NCBI GenBank assembly: GCA_016214905.1
Contig: JACRMQ010000007.1
Coordinates: forward strand, 328,965 to 392,964
Length of the DNA stretch: 64,000 nt
Direction of reading: 5' to 3'
From: Ignavibacteriales bacterium
GTDB taxonomy: Bacteria; Bacteroidota; Ignavibacteria; UBA10030; SZUA-254
Position numbers and translations under genes: made by a program. Position 1 is the stretch's first letter. Each line of letters opens with the position of its first letter. The notes under the pieces were generated by a model. The model was not told the origin of the DNA. It searched no databases and worked only from the letters and a program-made list of their open reading frames with translations. Of the stretch, positions 23,286-33,970 are shown one piece after another.

Positions 23286-24008
23286 TTATCGTTTAATAAT
23301 TTTATTGTATTCATCGCGGAACATCTTCATATCTTCCCATGCGGGGCGTTTCCAGTTTGGATTCCGCAGAAGCGCGGCTGGATGATACGTTACAATCAAT
23401 TTTGTTCCTCTGAAGTCATGAATTTTTTCCCGCATCGAACTTAATGTACCGTTCGTTTGAAGTAACCACTGGGCGGCGATTCTACCTAAACAGATAATGA
23501 ATTTCGGTTGAATCAAAGAAATTTGTTTATAAAGGTAAGGAGTGCAAAGTTCCATTTCGTTCGCTTCGGGGTCGCGATTATTCGGCGGCCGGCATTTTAG
23601 TATGTTGCAGATATAAACATCTTCCCTTTTCAGGTCAACTGCCGCAAGAATTTTGTTAAGCAGTTGCCCAGCTCTGCCTACAAACGGTTCTCCTTGTGCA
23701 TCTTCATCGGCTCCGGGCGCTTCACCAACGAACATTACATCAGCCTTCGGATTGCCTACACCGAAAACAAAATTTGTGCGGGTATTCCCGAGTCCGCACT
23801 TCAAGCACTTATTGATCGATTTATCAAGCTCAACTAAATTTTCAGATTCCGTCCATGGTTCATCGGTTGGCATCGAGATTTCATGAGCGCTGTTTGATTT
23901 CTTTTTCACATCGGACTCAACATAAATTGTATTTCCAAATAAATCTTTTTGTTGTAAAAAATAACGTTTCGTATTATCTAACAAATCCATCATTTTGTTC
24001 TGCTTCAT
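23286..24008 (-). CDS. udg: Family 4 uracil-DNA glycosylase
   Basis: CLKCGLGNTRTNFVFGVGNPKADVMFVGEAPGADED...GRAG matches the family-4 UDG signature. Confidence 0.85.
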   Translation of the reverse strand: MKQNKMMDLLDNTKRYFLQQKDLFGNTIYVESDVKKKSNSAHEISMPTDEPWTESENLVELDKSINKCLKCGLGNTRTNFVFGVGNPKADVMFVGEAPGADEDAQGEPFVGRAGQLLNKILAAVDLKREDVYICNILKCRPPNNRDPEANEMELCTPYLYKQISLIQPKFIICLGRIAAQWLLQTNGTLSSMREKIHDFRGTKLIVTYHPAALLRNPNWKRPAWEDMKMFRDEYNKIIKR

Positions 24009-24017
24009 AATTAATCG

Positions 24018-25235
24018 TTATCCAAGCAGTTTAGAAATCCGTTGCAGAATCTGGTGAGCGAGTTGATATTTCGTCATCTTGGGGAATTTTTCAATTTTCC
24101 CATTCTTCGGGATGAATGTGGCAATGTTTGTCTCAACGTCGAAACCGGCTCCGTCTTCCATCGGATTATTTAGAATGATTGCATCAAGGTTTTTCGAGTG
24201 TAATTTCATTTTCGCATTTTTTATTTCATTCTCGGTTTCAACGGCAAATCCAACAAGAATGGCTTTGCCTTTTCGGGTGCCAAGCTCTTTAAGAATATCT
24301 TTAGTTGGTTTTAATTGTATAACGAATTGATTTTTGTCTTGAATATTTTTTTTAATTTTCTGATTAATGACTTTTACTGGTGTATAATCGGCAACTGCAG
24401 CAGCCATTATGATTCCGTCTTTATTGTCTCTATTTCTCATAACAGCCTTATACATTTGTTCGGCAGTCAAGATATCTATTCGTTTTACCGAGCGTGGTGT
24501 GGTGAGATGCGTTTTGCCGGTAACGAGGGTTACTTCTGCACCTCTGTGAACTGCGGCTGCCGCGAGGGCAAATCCCATTTTTCCGGATGATCTGTTTCCG
24601 ATAAAACGTACCGGATCTATCGGCTCATATGTTGGCCCGGCAGTGATAAGAATTCTTTTCCCTTGAAGATCCTGATGTACATCTGTAAGCAAAATTTCGA
24701 TTGCCTGCTGAATCTTTGGGAGGTCGGGTAATCTACCTGTACCGGTTAAACCACTCGCAAGTTCTCCTTCTGCCGGTTGAAGAATTTGGTAACCTAGTTG
24801 GTGAAGCTGAGAAATATTCGATTGAGTGATAGGATGATTCCACATATCGACGTCCATCGAAGGTGAAAGCATTACCGGAGCCCGCATTGCTAGGGCGAGT
24901 GTTGTTACTGAATTGTCGGCGATACCGGATGCAAGTTTTGCAATCGTGTTTGCAGTTGCAGGGGCGACCAACATTACATCTGCCCATTGTGCAAGATCAA
25001 TATGCCATGTACTTGCCTGCAATATGTTTTTAGTCAATCTTGGAAAACTTCCTACAACCACTTCGTTTTGTGTAAGCGTAGAAAGTGTTAGTGGCGTAAC
25101 AAACTCTGTTGCGGAATCGGTCATGACAACTTTGACGTCGGCACCACTTTTTTTGAAATCTCTTACAAGCTGCGGAATCTTATACGCTGCGATTCCGCCT
25201 GTTATCCCGATCAATATTTTTCTATTCCGCAACAC
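24018..25235 (-). CDS. coaBC: Bifunctional phosphopantothenoylcysteine decarboxylase / phosphopantothenate-cysteine ligase
   Basis: [13 protein letters not shown] is the flavoprotein N-domain, and the C-terminal CoaB ligase domain is present. Confidence 0.9.
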   Translation of the reverse strand: MLRNRKILIGITGGIAAYKIPQLVRDFKKSGADVKVVMTDSATEFVTPLTLSTLTQNEVVVGSFPRLTKNILQASTWHIDLAQWADVMLVAPATANTIAKLASGIADNSVTTLALAMRAPVMLSPSMDVDMWNHPITQSNISQLHQLGYQILQPAEGELASGLTGTGRLPDLPKIQQAIEILLTDVHQDLQGKRILITAGPTYEPIDPVRFIGNRSSGKMGFALAAAAVHRGAEVTLVTGKTHLTTPRSVKRIDILTAEQMYKAVMRNRDNKDGIIMAAAVADYTPVKVINQKIKKNIQDKNQFVIQLKPTKDILKELGTRKGKAILVGFAVETENEIKNAKMKLHSKNLDAIILNNPMEDGAGFDVETNIATFIPKNGKIEKFPKMTKYQLAHQILQRISKLLG

Positions 25236-25249
25236 CTGAATTTTTTTTA

Positions 25250-25570
25250 TTAAGCAGGAGTGATGTGCTCGTCGTCTTTATAACGATGTGCGAGACGTTT
25301 CTCCATCAATTCATTAATAGCCGATTCAGTCGGTTTTGGACGTTTTTCGAATTCTTGCGCGATCAGAATTTGATCCGGGTTGGTTTGCGGCTGATCTGTC
25401 TCTTCTTCCGGTTCGAACACTTTTGTTTGAAGCATTTCAATGCGCTGGTTGAATTCGATTTTCATCTCTTCATTTATCTGCCTTGCGCGCTTGAGCAGAA
25501 CGACTATTGCCTCGTACACGTTTTCGGCCTGATTGCTCAACTTTTCTATGTCTAATGGTTTAATTGGCAT
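25250..25570 (-). CDS. rpoZ: DNA-directed RNA polymerase subunit omega
   Basis: 106 aa with YEAIVVLLKRARQI. It sits between gmk and coaBC, matching the conserved gmk-rpoZ synteny. Confidence 0.6.
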   Translation of the reverse strand: MPIKPLDIEKLSNQAENVYEAIVVLLKRARQINEEMKIEFNQRIEMLQTKVFEPEEETDQPQTNPDQILIAQEFEKRPKPTESAINELMEKRLAHRYKDDEHITPA

Positions 25571-25594
25571 TACTGTTTTCCTTTATTTTATATT

Positions 25595-26188
25595 TTATGA
25601 TTTTCCGTTTTTATTGTTGTGTGTTTCAATTTCTTTTTGAACTATCCCGCTGACTTCTTCTATAGCTTTTTCAAGCAAATCATTTACGACCCGATAATCA
25701 AAGTCGGGCGCAAACGTCATTTCCATCTTAACCCGCTCCATTCTCCGCCTGAATGTTTCTTCCGATTCTGTTTTCCGGTTGCGTAAACGTTCAATAAGTT
25801 TTTCGATGCTTGGCGGCATTATGAAAATTAGTTTTGCATTATTGCCGTATTTACTTTTTATCGAAAGAGCACCTTTAACATCAACATCGAATATTATCGA
25901 TTTACCGTTCGCGAAAGCATTATCAACTTCGCTTTTCAATGAGCCGTAATAATCGCCATAAATTTCTTCCCACTCGATCAATTCGTTTAGTTTGATTTTT
26001 TCTTCAAATTCGGCACGTTTAATGAAATAATAATCTTTAGCGTTCGTTTCGGTCGATCTCATCTCGCGGGTCGTTGCCGAGATGGAAAAAACAGTGTTCG
26101 GGAATTTTTGTAAAATTGATTTTGCAATAGTCGTTTTGCCGCATCCGCTTGGTCCGGCAAGAACAAATAATTTCAGTTGATTGTCCAT
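25595..26188 (-). CDS. gmk: Guanylate kinase
   Basis: The P-loop LAGPSGCGKTT and the guanylate-kinase fold are present. Confidence 0.9.
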   Translation of the reverse strand: MDNQLKLFVLAGPSGCGKTTIAKSILQKFPNTVFSISATTREMRSTETNAKDYYFIKRAEFEEKIKLNELIEWEEIYGDYYGSLKSEVDNAFANGKSIIFDVDVKGALSIKSKYGNNAKLIFIMPPSIEKLIERLRNRKTESEETFRRRMERVKMEMTFAPDFDYRVVNDLLEKAIEEVSGIVQKEIETHNNKNGKS

Positions 26189-26214
26189 TTATTTATAATT
26201 TAAGAGATCGAGGG

Positions 26215-27096
26215 CTACTCGATATTCTGTAACTGCTCGCGAATTTTCTCTAGCTCTTCTTTTATTCCAACAACTCGATGGGCAATTTCGGAACTGCCGG
26301 CTTTAGAGCCGATAGTGTTTGCTTCCCTGTTCATCTCCTGCACCAAAAAATTTAATTTTCTTCCAACGGCTTCATCCGATTTGAGAGCGTTCAAAAAAAA
26401 CTTGTTGTGACTTTGGAATCTTACTGTTTCTTCTGTTATATCTAATTTATCTACGAGTAACGCGAACTCGGTTTCAAGACGCTTCATATCGATTATTACC
26501 GGATCAACAGAAAGATCTTTTACGCGTTGTTCTAAATTCTTCCGTGCCAAGGGAAGCGAATCGTGAGCAAGTTTTTCTATGTCTGTGAGAGCTTCACCGA
26601 TAGTGCGGATACGCATAACGAGATCCTTCATCAGTTCCGCTCCTTCTCGCTTACGCATTACGGATGCCTCGTCAAGAGCAATGAGAAGTGCCTTCTTAAC
26701 CAGCATCCATTCGTTTTCATCACCTTTTTCAAAATCGCTGACTTCAATAATATCCTGAAACTGCAACAGATGGTTTAGAGTAATCTTTTCCCGAATTTTA
26801 ACGGTCTTACCAAGATCGGTCAATAACCGATGATATGACTTTGCGGCAGTTGAATTTATTTTCAAAGGAATTTCGTTAGCGTTCTCGTGTGTGATACTCA
26901 ATGCGACATTAATTTTACCGCGACTTAAACGTTTCCGGATAATCTCCCTGACCTCTCCCTCGCGCAAAGTCATCGTGCGCGGAAGACGGGCTGAAACCTC
27001 GAAGTACCTATTGTTCACAGAGCGTAATTCGGCAACAGCGGTTATTTTGCCATCTGTTACTTCGCCTCGTCCATACCCTGTCATGCTTGAAATCAT
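26215..27096 (-). CDS. yicC: YicC-family stress-induced protein
   Basis: MISSMTGYGRGE... gives the YicC N-terminus, with the DUF1732 C-terminal domain. Confidence 0.85.
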   Translation of the reverse strand: MISSMTGYGRGEVTDGKITAVAELRSVNNRYFEVSARLPRTMTLREGEVREIIRKRLSRGKINVALSITHENANEIPLKINSTAAKSYHRLLTDLGKTVKIREKITLNHLLQFQDIIEVSDFEKGDENEWMLVKKALLIALDEASVMRKREGAELMKDLVMRIRTIGEALTDIEKLAHDSLPLARKNLEQRVKDLSVDPVIIDMKRLETEFALLVDKLDITEETVRFQSHNKFFLNALKSDEAVGRKLNFLVQEMNREANTIGSKAGSSEIAHRVVGIKEELEKIREQLQNIE

Positions 27097-27269
27097 TTAA
27101 AATCGTCCACTTTTTGATAAATTGCCATATTAAGGTACGAAATATTCTCTCGTACGTCAAGGAAAACCTTTCCACAACATTTGCACCGTTTTATCGACAT
27201 CTCTTCTGTAAGAATCTTTGAGAATGAGATCGATTTCAATATATTGTTGATAATTATTTAATAGTCAGA

Positions 27270-28934
27270 ATGCCTGTTCACTATTTTACATTAAAAGCGT
27301 TATCCAACGAATTCCGTACCTTATTTAAAGGTTCAATTATCAGAACTGTTTTTACTCAACAAAAAAATGAGTTATTAATCGGGTTGAGTAAAATTGGAGA
27401 TGCCCGCTCCTCAGGGAACAAGATTACAATTTGTATTTCGGTTTCACCTCGAAATAATTATATCTTTTATAGGATGGGTATATCGCGAGCTAAAACTAAC
27501 TCGGTGGATTTATTCACTGATTCAATTGGTTCGGTTATCAGTGATTTCTATGTCCATTCTTCAGATCGTTCAGTCTTTGTAACTCTCGATTCTTCAAAAC
27601 AATTTGTTATTCAACTATACAACACAGCGACGAGTAATGTTTATCTTATCGACGATAACATGAAGATAGTGGAAGCGTTCAAAGACGATCGGAAATTTAA
27701 AGATACTGTTTTGGAGATTAGATCAACAATCGGGAATTCGACAGAAAATTTATATCAGGATCTGACGGCATTCGGTAAACTTTCAATCACTGCTTCATTG
27801 AAAAAAGTATTTCCGATTCTGGATAATAAATATATCACCGAGATTTTATTCAAATCTTCCGTTGATTGCAATAAGGAGACACACTTATTATCGGAAAACG
27901 AAATCGATAGAATTTCCAATGAAATAAAAACCATATTCCAAATATCCGAGAATCCTTCTCCGTATATATATGTTGATTCCGATGGTGACAGAATTATATC
28001 GGTTACAGAGTTGAGTCATCGTCACGGATCAAAAAACATTACCTTTCCAACAGTGAACGATGCTGTAAAAAAATATATTTCCATCACTTCGCGGGAAACC
28101 GGAGTTGAAAACGAGAAAGAAATTTATCTGGATAAACTTCGAACGCTGTTACAGCATAACGAACGTTCAATTCGAAATGCCTCGGCTCATTTAAGCGTAG
28201 ACCCGTCACGGATGGAAAAAATCGGGAACCTTATACTTTCAAGCATCCATCAAATTAAAAAGGGGATGAAGAAAATAGTTCTTGAAGATATTTATGGAGA
28301 TGGAAATTCAATCGAAGTCGATCTTGATCCGGCGTTAACACCTTCCCGAAACGCAGAAAAATATTTTGAAAAAGGTAAAAGAGCTGAATTAGGACGAATC
28401 GAATCAGTGCGTCGAGTAAATGAGTTAAAAATCCGAATCGATACCATTAAACCGTTAATAGAGGATTTAGAAAAAATTTATTCTTCTGAAGAAATTAAGA
28501 ACTTTCAAAAAAAATATTATTCCGAATTAAAATCGATGAATATCACAGTCAATAAAAAAGAAGAAGAGGAAAAGCCTCCGTTCAGAATATTTACAGTCGC
28601 GGGTGGTTTTGAAGTATGGGTAGGGAAAAGCAGCGCTAATAACGATTTGCTGACAACAAAATTCTGCAAACCGCAGGATCTGTGGTTTCACGCGCGAGGG
28701 GCAGGTGGTTCGCACACGGTATTAAAAATACCGAGAGGAACGGAGAATATTCCACGTGAATCGATAAAACAAGCGGCGAGCATCGCCGCGTATTACAGCA
28801 AGATGCGGAAGGCATCAAATGTTCCGGTTGCATATTGTGAGCGAAAATATGTGCGAAAACCGAAAGGAGTTGCGGAAGGAACCGTTTATCTTGAGCGGGA
28901 AGAAGTGATATTTGTCCCCCCCAAGCTTCCTTGA
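27270..28934 (+). CDS. rqcH: NFACT-family protein (RqcH / FbpA-like ribosome quality control)
   Basis: An NFACT-N domain at the N-terminus is followed by coiled-coil and a C-terminal NFACT-R/DUF814 motif WFHARGAGGSHTVLK. Confidence 0.8.
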   Translation: MPVHYFTLKALSNEFRTLFKGSIIRTVFTQQKNELLIGLSKIGDARSSGNKITICISVSPRNNYIFYRMGISRAKTNSVDLFTDSIGSVISDFYVHSSDRSVFVTLDSSKQFVIQLYNTATSNVYLIDDNMKIVEAFKDDRKFKDTVLEIRSTIGNSTENLYQDLTAFGKLSITASLKKVFPILDNKYITEILFKSSVDCNKETHLLSENEIDRISNEIKTIFQISENPSPYIYVDSDGDRIISVTELSHRHGSKNITFPTVNDAVKKYISITSRETGVENEKEIYLDKLRTLLQHNERSIRNASAHLSVDPSRMEKIGNLILSSIHQIKKGMKKIVLEDIYGDGNSIEVDLDPALTPSRNAEKYFEKGKRAELGRIESVRRVNELKIRIDTIKPLIEDLEKIYSSEEIKNFQKKYYSELKSMNITVNKKEEEEKPPFRIFTVAGGFEVWVGKSSANNDLLTTKFCKPQDLWFHARGAGGSHTVLKIPRGTENIPRESIKQAASIAAYYSKMRKASNVPVAYCERKYVRKPKGVAEGTVYLEREEVIFVPPKLP

Positions 28935-29010
28935 AAATTCCAAAAATTCTTCGTATACTCAATACAATCTTCAGATTATTATTAACAATTCACGTACGAA
29001 AGGAAAATTT

Positions 29011-29661
29011 ATGAAGTTTGTTTACTTGTTCGTTTCACTACTGCTTTTTTCTGCAACCTTGATCTGTCAAACAGATTCAGCGGCATCAAACGAAACAAGT
29101 CCCCCGCCTGTGCAGGAAATTTCTGTATCGGGCGGTTTGGCTTATACTTATCTCCCGTACGAATTTTCGAAATACTGGAACCCGGGAATGCACGCAGGTG
29201 TTGGGTACGGTCTATCGTTTACACCCGGTGATTACGGCTACAGTTCGTTAATGCTTCTTGCTGATTATGGATCATTCGAACTTAAGGAATCGGCATTCCG
29301 CGAAGGTATGAAGATCACAGATCCAACAAAAATTGTTACTGGTGGAAAGACACAAGTATTTACGGTTACCGCAAATTACAAAGGAACGTTAGCCATTTCG
29401 AAAACAAGTATAGCACCTTTTTTCACTATCGGGATAGGATATATATATTTTCGATCCGACAGTATCTTGGTCGATAATAAAAATATTTTATCAATTGAAA
29501 GTGATGCACTGTCGACCATTACTTGGTCGTTCGGAGTGGGTGTGGATATTCCGGTTAACGAAATGTTCGTTGGCTTTGTTCAAGCAAAATCCGTCATAGG
29601 AGCGTTCGACAGACCCCGGCAATATTTTCCAATTACAGCAGGATTGCGATTACGATTTTAA
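29011..29661 (+). CDS. Small outer-membrane beta-barrel protein (OmpW/OmpA-like porin family)
   Basis: Signal peptide, alternating beta pattern and an aromatic C-terminus RLRF. The internal ATG with RBS aaagga was chosen as the start. Confidence 0.55.
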   Translation: MKFVYLFVSLLLFSATLICQTDSAASNETSPPPVQEISVSGGLAYTYLPYEFSKYWNPGMHAGVGYGLSFTPGDYGYSSLMLLADYGSFELKESAFREGMKITDPTKIVTGGKTQVFTVTANYKGTLAISKTSIAPFFTIGIGYIYFRSDSILVDNKNILSIESDALSTITWSFGVGVDIPVNEMFVGFVQAKSVIGAFDRPRQYFPITAGLRLRF

Positions 29662-29696
29662 TTAGTTTTTTTGATAAGTAACTTAAGATTATCAAA

Positions 29697-29730
29697 GTGC
29701 GGTGAAAATATTCATCGCACTTTTTTATTT
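29697..29730 (+). terminator. Rho-independent terminator after the OMP gene
   Basis: gtgcg-(14 nt loop)-cgcac followed by T6ATTT. Confidence 0.6.
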
Positions 29731-29748
29731 GTACAGGCTACAAAATTT

Positions 29749-30231
29749 ATGAAATTAATACTCGTTCGACACGGTGACGCAAAACCCGGTATCGATGATG
29801 CGAGCAGAGAGCTTTCGGATCTGGGAATTGAACAGGCAGTTCGCGCCGCGCAAACATTACTTGGTTTACAATTGATTCCAGATGTTATCATTAGTAGCCC
29901 TTTGTGCCGCGCCATTCAAACTGCCGTGGAGGTAGGAAAGTTTTTTCCGGGGATCGACTTGATCACATCCGAACACTTAACACCATCGTCAGATCACCGT
30001 CATATTTTCGAAATACTCAGATCATTGCAACATAAAACGGTTCTGTTAGTTGGGCATGAGCCACATCTAAGTACATTAATTTCACTGTTGATAACCGGTA
30101 CACGGTATGGAAAATTTATTGTTTCAAAAGGAGGGATAGCTGTTATACATCTTGAGGATTCGGTGTCTGCCGGAAATGGCGCACTCCGGTTAGTACTGCA
30201 ATCCGATGAAATTAAAAATATTCAAAATTGA
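29749..30231 (+). CDS. sixA: Histidine-phosphatase family protein (SixA-like phosphohistidine phosphatase)
   Basis: The RHG motif in LILVRHGDA and a second His in GHEP are present. The size of 160 aa is typical of SixA. Confidence 0.7.
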   Translation: MKLILVRHGDAKPGIDDASRELSDLGIEQAVRAAQTLLGLQLIPDVIISSPLCRAIQTAVEVGKFFPGIDLITSEHLTPSSDHRHIFEILRSLQHKTVLLVGHEPHLSTLISLLITGTRYGKFIVSKGGIAVIHLEDSVSAGNGALRLVLQSDEIKNIQN

Positions 30232-30245
30232 TTCGAATGGAAAAA

Positions 30246-31061
30246 CTATCCACCCACTAGAGTTTTTCCCGCATTGCATTCCTTAACTGCCCTGTTAATC
30301 ATATATAAAATATCTGTCTGCCTTTGTAATACATCTTTTGTGATCCATCCGGATATCGATCCTAATGGACGGTAAGGGACTTTCACAGAAGTGTAGTCAA
30401 TCTTTTCGTGTTCTCCGGAAATTTTATTTTTGAAAGCAAAAACATCGTTGAACCTGTTATTAAACTTTGTGCATCTGGCAAAAATTTTTCTGCGCACCCA
30501 ATCGCGAAGCGGATCTATATCGACATGCACAACGGCATCAATTTTATCATCATAATTATCATCTGCCCAATGATTAAAAATAATTTTACACTTATTAATA
30601 TATAATTCCAAATCATTCCGGTTCAGTTTTTGTCCGCGTGCCGGATAACTTTCCGGAACTCTGTTGTCGAGAAACGGCGCGGCACCATCTACAAGCGCCA
30701 GGTAGTCAATTTTACCGTCTTTGTTTCGGTCGAATACATAACCCCACGTGGTTACCTTTCCAAGCATAGGGCTTCCTTCATCAAAATCGAGAATTCGATA
30801 TATTTCTTTATTAGGATTCTGAATCATATCGTTTGTTACTGCCGCGATGACAATTTCATTCCTGCCGTTGTATCCGATGAAGGAAACCCATAAGTTATCG
30901 ATTTTCTTTTGACAAATTATTTTTAACGATTTCTCGATTTTAGGGTAATATGCTATTGACTCTGCTTTAGGATAAAACCTTGTAATATCATTTTTTTCAG
31001 ATGCCTGCGTTACGGTACCCAATAATGTAATGAGTAATGCCGATAAAAATATGTTTTTCAT
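30246..31061 (-). CDS. Secreted hypothetical protein (271 aa)
   Basis: Signal peptide present; no recognisable motif. Confidence 0.5.
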   Translation of the reverse strand: MKNIFLSALLITLLGTVTQASEKNDITRFYPKAESIAYYPKIEKSLKIICQKKIDNLWVSFIGYNGRNEIVIAAVTNDMIQNPNKEIYRILDFDEGSPMLGKVTTWGYVFDRNKDGKIDYLALVDGAAPFLDNRVPESYPARGQKLNRNDLELYINKCKIIFNHWADDNYDDKIDAVVHVDIDPLRDWVRRKIFARCTKFNNRFNDVFAFKNKISGEHEKIDYTSVKVPYRPLGSISGWITKDVLQRQTDILYMINRAVKECNAGKTLVGG

Positions 31062-31068
31062 GCAAAAA

Positions 31069-32727
31069 CTACTTTAAATTGTTGTTTGAAAGTAAAGTTG
31101 AATGTTCAATTCCGATTTTGCGTAAATACGGGCCGGGTTCCACCGATTTCCCGGTAGCGTTCCTCATTCTTTCTTGCCACTCTATTTTTTCACCGGATAA
31201 AAAGAGTCGATCTATCATCCATGCGGCAACAAGTGAATCTGTGTGCTCGCGTGAGCCGAACTTATTAAAAAGTGCTTCTTCCAATTGAGCGGCAATTAAT
31301 TTTATAATTATCGCCTTATATGATCCACCGGGTTTATCGGTGTGAGTCGGGTTAATTTCCATCGGTGTCGTTATGCCGCTGTCGATGCTGAGGTCGTAAT
31401 ATTTCTCCAGCATCACACGTTCCAAAGAATCTGTATCGAGGGAAGGATTCTTAAAAAATTCGTATTCTGTTTCGAAAGCTTTCATCTCTTGGATTAATTT
31501 TACTATTTGCGGCTCTGTCCGCTTTGAATAAAATTGTTTGAGCTCTTTTTCTTTCACCTTCGTGAAAGTTCGCAGCCATAACGAGTCGAGCAGAAGATCA
31601 TGCATCATCAATGCAATACCGTCGTTATACACCGAGCAATATGTACCGGGAACAGTTGTATACGATTTTAATATCGGAAAATCGGTTTGCGTAAAAAACG
31701 CTTTCAATCCGTAAGCATATGCCGCAAATGCGTCTGCATAATTTAGCTGACCGGCTTTGATGGGGAATGTTATGCGAATATCTTTTGGTATCGCAACACG
31801 GAAGCAGGAACCTTTCGCGTGATTATTCTTCGAATGTGTTAGTATTCTTATGCTGTCTGGATTGAAACCGGTGCTGTCGAAGTAATGATAAACTTTAGTA
31901 GCAAGAGAATCTGTCGGAAAATATTTTTCTGGAAGTTGTTTAGCCGTTTGTCCAAAGTAATAAGCATCCCATGGTGCGATTGTTTTATTTGACTTTTGCT
32001 TTCTTTTGTTTGTTGACGTGATTTTTTCACTCGGTATGCATGTTAATTCTTTGAGCATCGCGAATGTTTTTAACAACTTTCCCTCGTCTATTCCATCCAT
32101 ATATAGAACGAATGAATAATAGCTCGGAAATCCTTTCGCTTGAGCTTTTGTGTTTAGTAATTGAACAGTTTTTCGGTATTCATTTAGGTATTTTGAATTT
32201 GCCTCTAAATATGCCTGCCAATAAATTTTACGTTTTTTTGAATTCTTCTCGGTTTGGAGAAATCTAAGAACTTCTTCGCCCGTCAAATTTTTTCCGTTCA
32301 CTGCAATTTGAATTTTAGAAAATTTATTGGCGAGATTTATTTTTGAGGATGTGACTTCATCATCATACTCAATACTACCACCCAGAAAAGCGCGGTGCCA
32401 TAATTCGAGTCGGCGCGCCAACGGTTTATCGGCGAGAGAACCCGATCTGCCGCGCCATTCTGAAATTATATTTCGAATGCTCGTATCAAGAAATATTTCT
32501 GCAAGCAACTCGCGGGCGGAATTGAAATCGGGCTTGGCCTCTTTTGTCGCAAAGTTCCAGCGTGCCAACTCCATTGCTGAACACGCAGATTCATATCGCT
32601 GTTCCAGAGTGTCGAGAAAAAGATATAAACCATCTTTAGATTCCACCCGCGGCTTAACTTCCTTTGTACACGACATAAGAAAGATTACCGGCAAGATGAT
32701 AAAAACTGATTTGGAGAAACGCTGCAT
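31069..32727 (-). CDS. Lipoprotein of unknown function (552 aa, alpha-helical)
   Basis: The lipobox LMSC is present. The protein gives a faint M2/M3-peptidase-like impression but has no HExxH motif. Confidence 0.5.
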   Translation of the reverse strand: MQRFSKSVFIILPVIFLMSCTKEVKPRVESKDGLYLFLDTLEQRYESACSAMELARWNFATKEAKPDFNSARELLAEIFLDTSIRNIISEWRGRSGSLADKPLARRLELWHRAFLGGSIEYDDEVTSSKINLANKFSKIQIAVNGKNLTGEEVLRFLQTEKNSKKRKIYWQAYLEANSKYLNEYRKTVQLLNTKAQAKGFPSYYSFVLYMDGIDEGKLLKTFAMLKELTCIPSEKITSTNKRKQKSNKTIAPWDAYYFGQTAKQLPEKYFPTDSLATKVYHYFDSTGFNPDSIRILTHSKNNHAKGSCFRVAIPKDIRITFPIKAGQLNYADAFAAYAYGLKAFFTQTDFPILKSYTTVPGTYCSVYNDGIALMMHDLLLDSLWLRTFTKVKEKELKQFYSKRTEPQIVKLIQEMKAFETEYEFFKNPSLDTDSLERVMLEKYYDLSIDSGITTPMEINPTHTDKPGGSYKAIIIKLIAAQLEEALFNKFGSREHTDSLVAAWMIDRLFLSGEKIEWQERMRNATGKSVEPGPYLRKIGIEHSTLLSNNNLK

Positions 32728-32825
32728 TATGCGGGTTTTTTCATATAAGTTGTTTGATTTCAGGTTAAAGATAAGAAATTTCCGATTCGATTTCCAAAAT
32801 AATTTTCTAAACTTTTTATCTGTGT

Positions 32826-33113
32826 TTATGTTCCTTCAACAACAATCATTTTAGATTCAGCGGTATCATATCTCAGTCTTTTGGGTTTTGCATACTCTGC
32901 GGACGACCACCATTCTTTTGCCCGAGTGACAGAAGGAAACTCCAACACAACAAGTCGCTTGGGAATCCAATCACCTTCCAGCACTTCTACAGGTTTCCCG
33001 CGGACGATATACTTTCCCCCGTAGGCATGAACTGTATCTTCAGCCAATTTTTTGTATTCCTCGTACCTGACCTGGTCTTTTACGTTGATATCAACAATAA
33101 CATAAGCCGACAT
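32826..33113 (-). CDS. DUF1330-family protein
   Basis: 95 aa of the form MSAYVIVDINVKD...YGGKYIVRG...EFPS...A..W..S..Y. Confidence 0.65.
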   Translation of the reverse strand: MSAYVIVDINVKDQVRYEEYKKLAEDTVHAYGGKYIVRGKPVEVLEGDWIPKRLVVLEFPSVTRAKEWWSSAEYAKPKRLRYDTAESKMIVVEGT

Positions 33114-33169
33114 AATTGTATTCCTTTATTTTAAGATAATTATTTATTGATTAAACAAATTAGAATTTA

Positions 33170-33715
33170 TCAATCAGGGATTACCGCTTCGTCATACCAT
33201 TTAAAATCACGTACGCTAAGATTAATTCCTATAACGATTGAAGTCACACAAATTAAAAGCCCGATTATAAAAACGATATCTGCCAGCGGCTCGGCAATAT
33301 CGAGATTATTAGACAGCAGCCAGTTCCAATCGTGGATCAATCCACGCCCGATGAGGTGCAGTTTTCTAAACGGCGCGTCTTTAATGTATATGCTTACATT
33401 CACAAAATTTTCCCCAAGCCAAAAGCCCGCGGCGCCGATATACCAATTTCGTTGTTTCGCTATAACGAGGACCAAAGCAAGCGGAATTAAAATTTGTGTC
33501 AACGAGCCGCCTAAAAAGTAAACGGTGCGGCCGAATATTTTAAAAATAAGATGCCCTGCCTCGTGTATGTAAAGGTTCATCCAATCTGTAATCCAAACAA
33601 TGAATGGCGGACGGAAGCTTGCCGATGTTGGATCGTAATCTGCGAATAAAATGTAAAGCAGATACGTCAGATACGCGTAAAGCGACAGTTTGAGGATTAA
33701 AAGAGTTTGTTTCAT
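33170..33715 (-). CDS. Polytopic membrane protein with an intramembrane HExxH motif (putative zincin, DUF3267-like)
   Basis: About four TM segments, with HEAGHLIFKIF inside a hydrophobic segment. Confidence 0.45.
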   Translation of the reverse strand: MKQTLLILKLSLYAYLTYLLYILFADYDPTSASFRPPFIVWITDWMNLYIHEAGHLIFKIFGRTVYFLGGSLTQILIPLALVLVIAKQRNWYIGAAGFWLGENFVNVSIYIKDAPFRKLHLIGRGLIHDWNWLLSNNLDIAEPLADIVFIIGLLICVTSIVIGINLSVRDFKWYDEAVIPD

Positions 33716-33909
33716 TATGGTATGAAAATAAGAACGATTCGGGAGAATGGCAAATTTAAAGAAGCAAATCAGTGACTTGTGATTTCGCTGAACTGAAGAA
33801 AATTTCAGAGATTTGTTCTAGCAATTATATTTGACCCCCACTATAATCTTCCTCCTTCACTCCGCTAAGGACATGCCTTTTCCAATGGGGAGATTGATGG
33901 CTGACTTGC

Positions 33910-33960
33910 AAAACCTCCGGTATCTGACTTTAAATTACTTAAGAAGATACCGGAGGTTTT
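33910..33960. terminator. Long palindromic terminator downstream of add
   Basis: A 15 bp perfect stem aaaacctccggtatc/gataccggaggtttt is flanked by A and T runs. Confidence 0.6.
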
Positions 33961-33970
33961 ATTTGCAAAT

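Noticed and set aside
32327-32854. 175-aa plus-strand ORF
   Set aside because: Antisense to the 552-aa lipoprotein gene and extending into a spacer. It has an Arg/Ser-rich composition, no RBS and no motifs.
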